Source of the DNA: Eledone cirrhosa
Lineage: Eukaryota
Direction: 5' to 3'
Assembly (NCBI GenBank): GCA_964016885.1
Contig: OZ024747.1
Location: forward strand, 40,238,001-40,302,000
Length of the DNA stretch: 64,000 nt
Shown here: positions 62,141-64,000 of the stretch, piece by piece
How positions within the stretch are numbered: the stretch's first letter is position 1
Layout of the letters: every line of letters starts with the position of its first letter
Position numbers and translations under genes: made by a program
The notes under the pieces: generated by a model
What the model was told of the DNA's origin: nothing
What the model saw: only the letters and a program-made list of their open reading frames with translations
Databases searched by the model: none

Positions 62141-63216
62141 ATGACACTGACTCATTCATACAACATATATCTTTGTCTAATTTGGTAGATGGAGAATGGA
62201 AAATAATTAATCAAACATTTTTTTTCAGCATATTGTTTTCTTTTTTTCACTCATTCTTGTAACATGAAAACCAACGGCATACTTCCCACACAAAGGATAG
62301 CACTCAATTAACCTACTAATTGCAATCCTTGTAATGACACCTCAACCTTTATGTCATAAAATTTTGTTCATTCCCCACCTAGTTGTATTATGGAATAAGA
62401 GGAACTTCTTCAGAAATACCAGTCCTAATGAAGTGTGCTACTCGAGTACTTTCAAACAGATCACAAATAATCTCTTAGGGTATGTAAATATGAAGAACTG
62501 CTTGTCTACTTGTCTAATGTAACCAGAGAATGTTATGAAGTTGCTGAGGTAGGTATTGCTGGTGCTGCATAATATTTTGGTAGACTATAATAACAGTGTC
62601 TGATTTAGGCACAAGGCCAACAATTTGGGGGATGGGAAACATTAATTAAACCGATCCCAGTGCATTACTGGTACATTATTCTATTGACCCTTGAAGGATG
62701 AAAGGCGAAGTTGAGCATGGCAGGATTTTAACTCAAAGCGGAAAGTACCAGAACAAATATTCTAAAGTATCCAATCTGACGCTCTAAAGATTCTGCGATT
62801 CCACAGCTCAAATAATAAAATAATAATAATAATATTGTTTCTACTTTTGGTACTTTATTTTATCAACCCCGTATGGATGAAAGGCTAAGCTAATCTTTGG
62901 GACGAATAAGGATTTCATTTAATTGCCACAAAGGCTCTGGAAGAAAAAGACATTACCAGAACAGGTTTCATAGAGTATGGGAATTTACATGGAAATCAAT
63001 TAAATGGAAAACATATATATAATAGTGGGGGATGGCATCTTTTTCTATCTTTAAGGGTCTTCAACCTATTTTATAGATGATTTTATAGCATACATGGGCA
63101 CACCACTCTTTATATATATAATTTTACCCCAGGATGAAAATGTAATGTAACCAGAAAAGTAAGTTTATAAAAAAGTAATTTAAAAAATTAAGGTATAGAG
63201 AATATCTAAAACTGAA

Positions 63217-63562
63217 ATCATCATCATCATCATTTTACGTCCATTCTTCCACACTAGCATGGGTTAGACAAGTTGTCCTGTTGTAGGTAATGCCAGGTCA
63301 GGTGACCATGTCTTGCTCATACAGAACTGATTTTGGTTTGATTTCTACAGCTGGATGCCCTTCGTAACACCAACCTCATTTACAGTGAGAACTGGGTGCT
63401 TTTTATAGTGACACCTACGCAACCACTTTACAGTGTAGACTGGGTACTGTTTTGTCGTGACACCTACACAACCACTTTACAGTGGGAGGGGGTGGGGCAT
63501 ACTGTCTATACGCTTCAGCTTTGGTTTGTATCCATGGGAAGTCGGGTCTTCTGTATTACTGA
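63217..63562 (-). mobile_element. 3' UTR fragment of the second RTE subfamily
   Basis: Colinear with 21489-21852. Confidence 0.8.
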
Positions 63563-63645
63563 TGAAATTTGTTACTTCAAGTATTTGGACATCAGACAGA
63601 ATACATTGAGTTTTTGACAAACATACACCATGCTTGTATATATAT

Positions 63646-64000
63646 ATCATCATCACTGTTTAATGTCTATTTTGTATGCTTACATGGGTTAGAAGGGTTG
63701 TCACATTCTGAGGCTAGACCAGTCAGATGACCATGTCATGTTTATACTTTTCATATTTGGCTTGGTTTCTAAGGCTGGATGCCCTTCCTAATGCCAACAT
63801 AACTAAAGCATGCACCTGGAACATTTTATTGTGGCACAGCACTACCACCTTACAAGATGGACAGGGTGCTTTTTTTGAGACACCAGCACTAATATGTTAT
63901 AGTGTGGACTAGGTGTTTTTTGTTGTGGCAACAGCACTACAACTTTATGTGCTTTTTACTGTGGCACCAGCATTACCACTTCACAGAGTGGCCTCAGTGT
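63646..64000 (-). mobile_element. RTE-derived bipartite repeat with several ~45 bp tandem modules, runs off the window
   Basis: GCTGGATGCCCTTCCTAA followed by repeated GTGCTTTTT..GTGGCACCAGCACTAC units. Confidence 0.6.

Noticed and set aside
56180-64000. Upstream dynein exon
   Set aside because: No segment encoding the expected ...PAL.EA..AL.TI...DIAT found; probably beyond the window, though a short exon could be missed

Overview
Eukaryotic, AT-rich, repeat-dense DNA, most likely an octopus or other coleoid cephalopod (inferred from the SINE/RTE/Penelope repertoire, not proven). The whole window lies inside one minus-strand gene, an axonemal outer-arm dynein heavy chain of the DNAH5/DNAH8 type. 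I traced 20 consecutive GT-AG exons (56179 down to 1972; 3539 nt, about 1180 aa) that splice in frame and cover the stalk/MTBD, AAA5, AAA6 and the start of the C-terminal domain. Both ends of the gene lie outside the window. The introns hold decayed RTE LINEs, one young GC-rich Tx1/L1-type LINE inside a (TATC)n tract, two Penelope-like elements bracketed by inverted repeats, a CRE-type fragment, two tRNA-derived SINE families, a Helitron, Tc1/mariner and piggyBac-type MITEs, and long micro/minisatellites. Leads worth following: about ten hammerhead-ribozyme-like motifs, often in inverted pairs; dynein codons one A-to-G step from the conserved residue (possible ADAR recoding); SINE/LINE module swapping; SINEs inserted exactly on the tail of their own family; and long palindromes. 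No prokaryote-type system is present, and none of the leads is a demonstrated new system.
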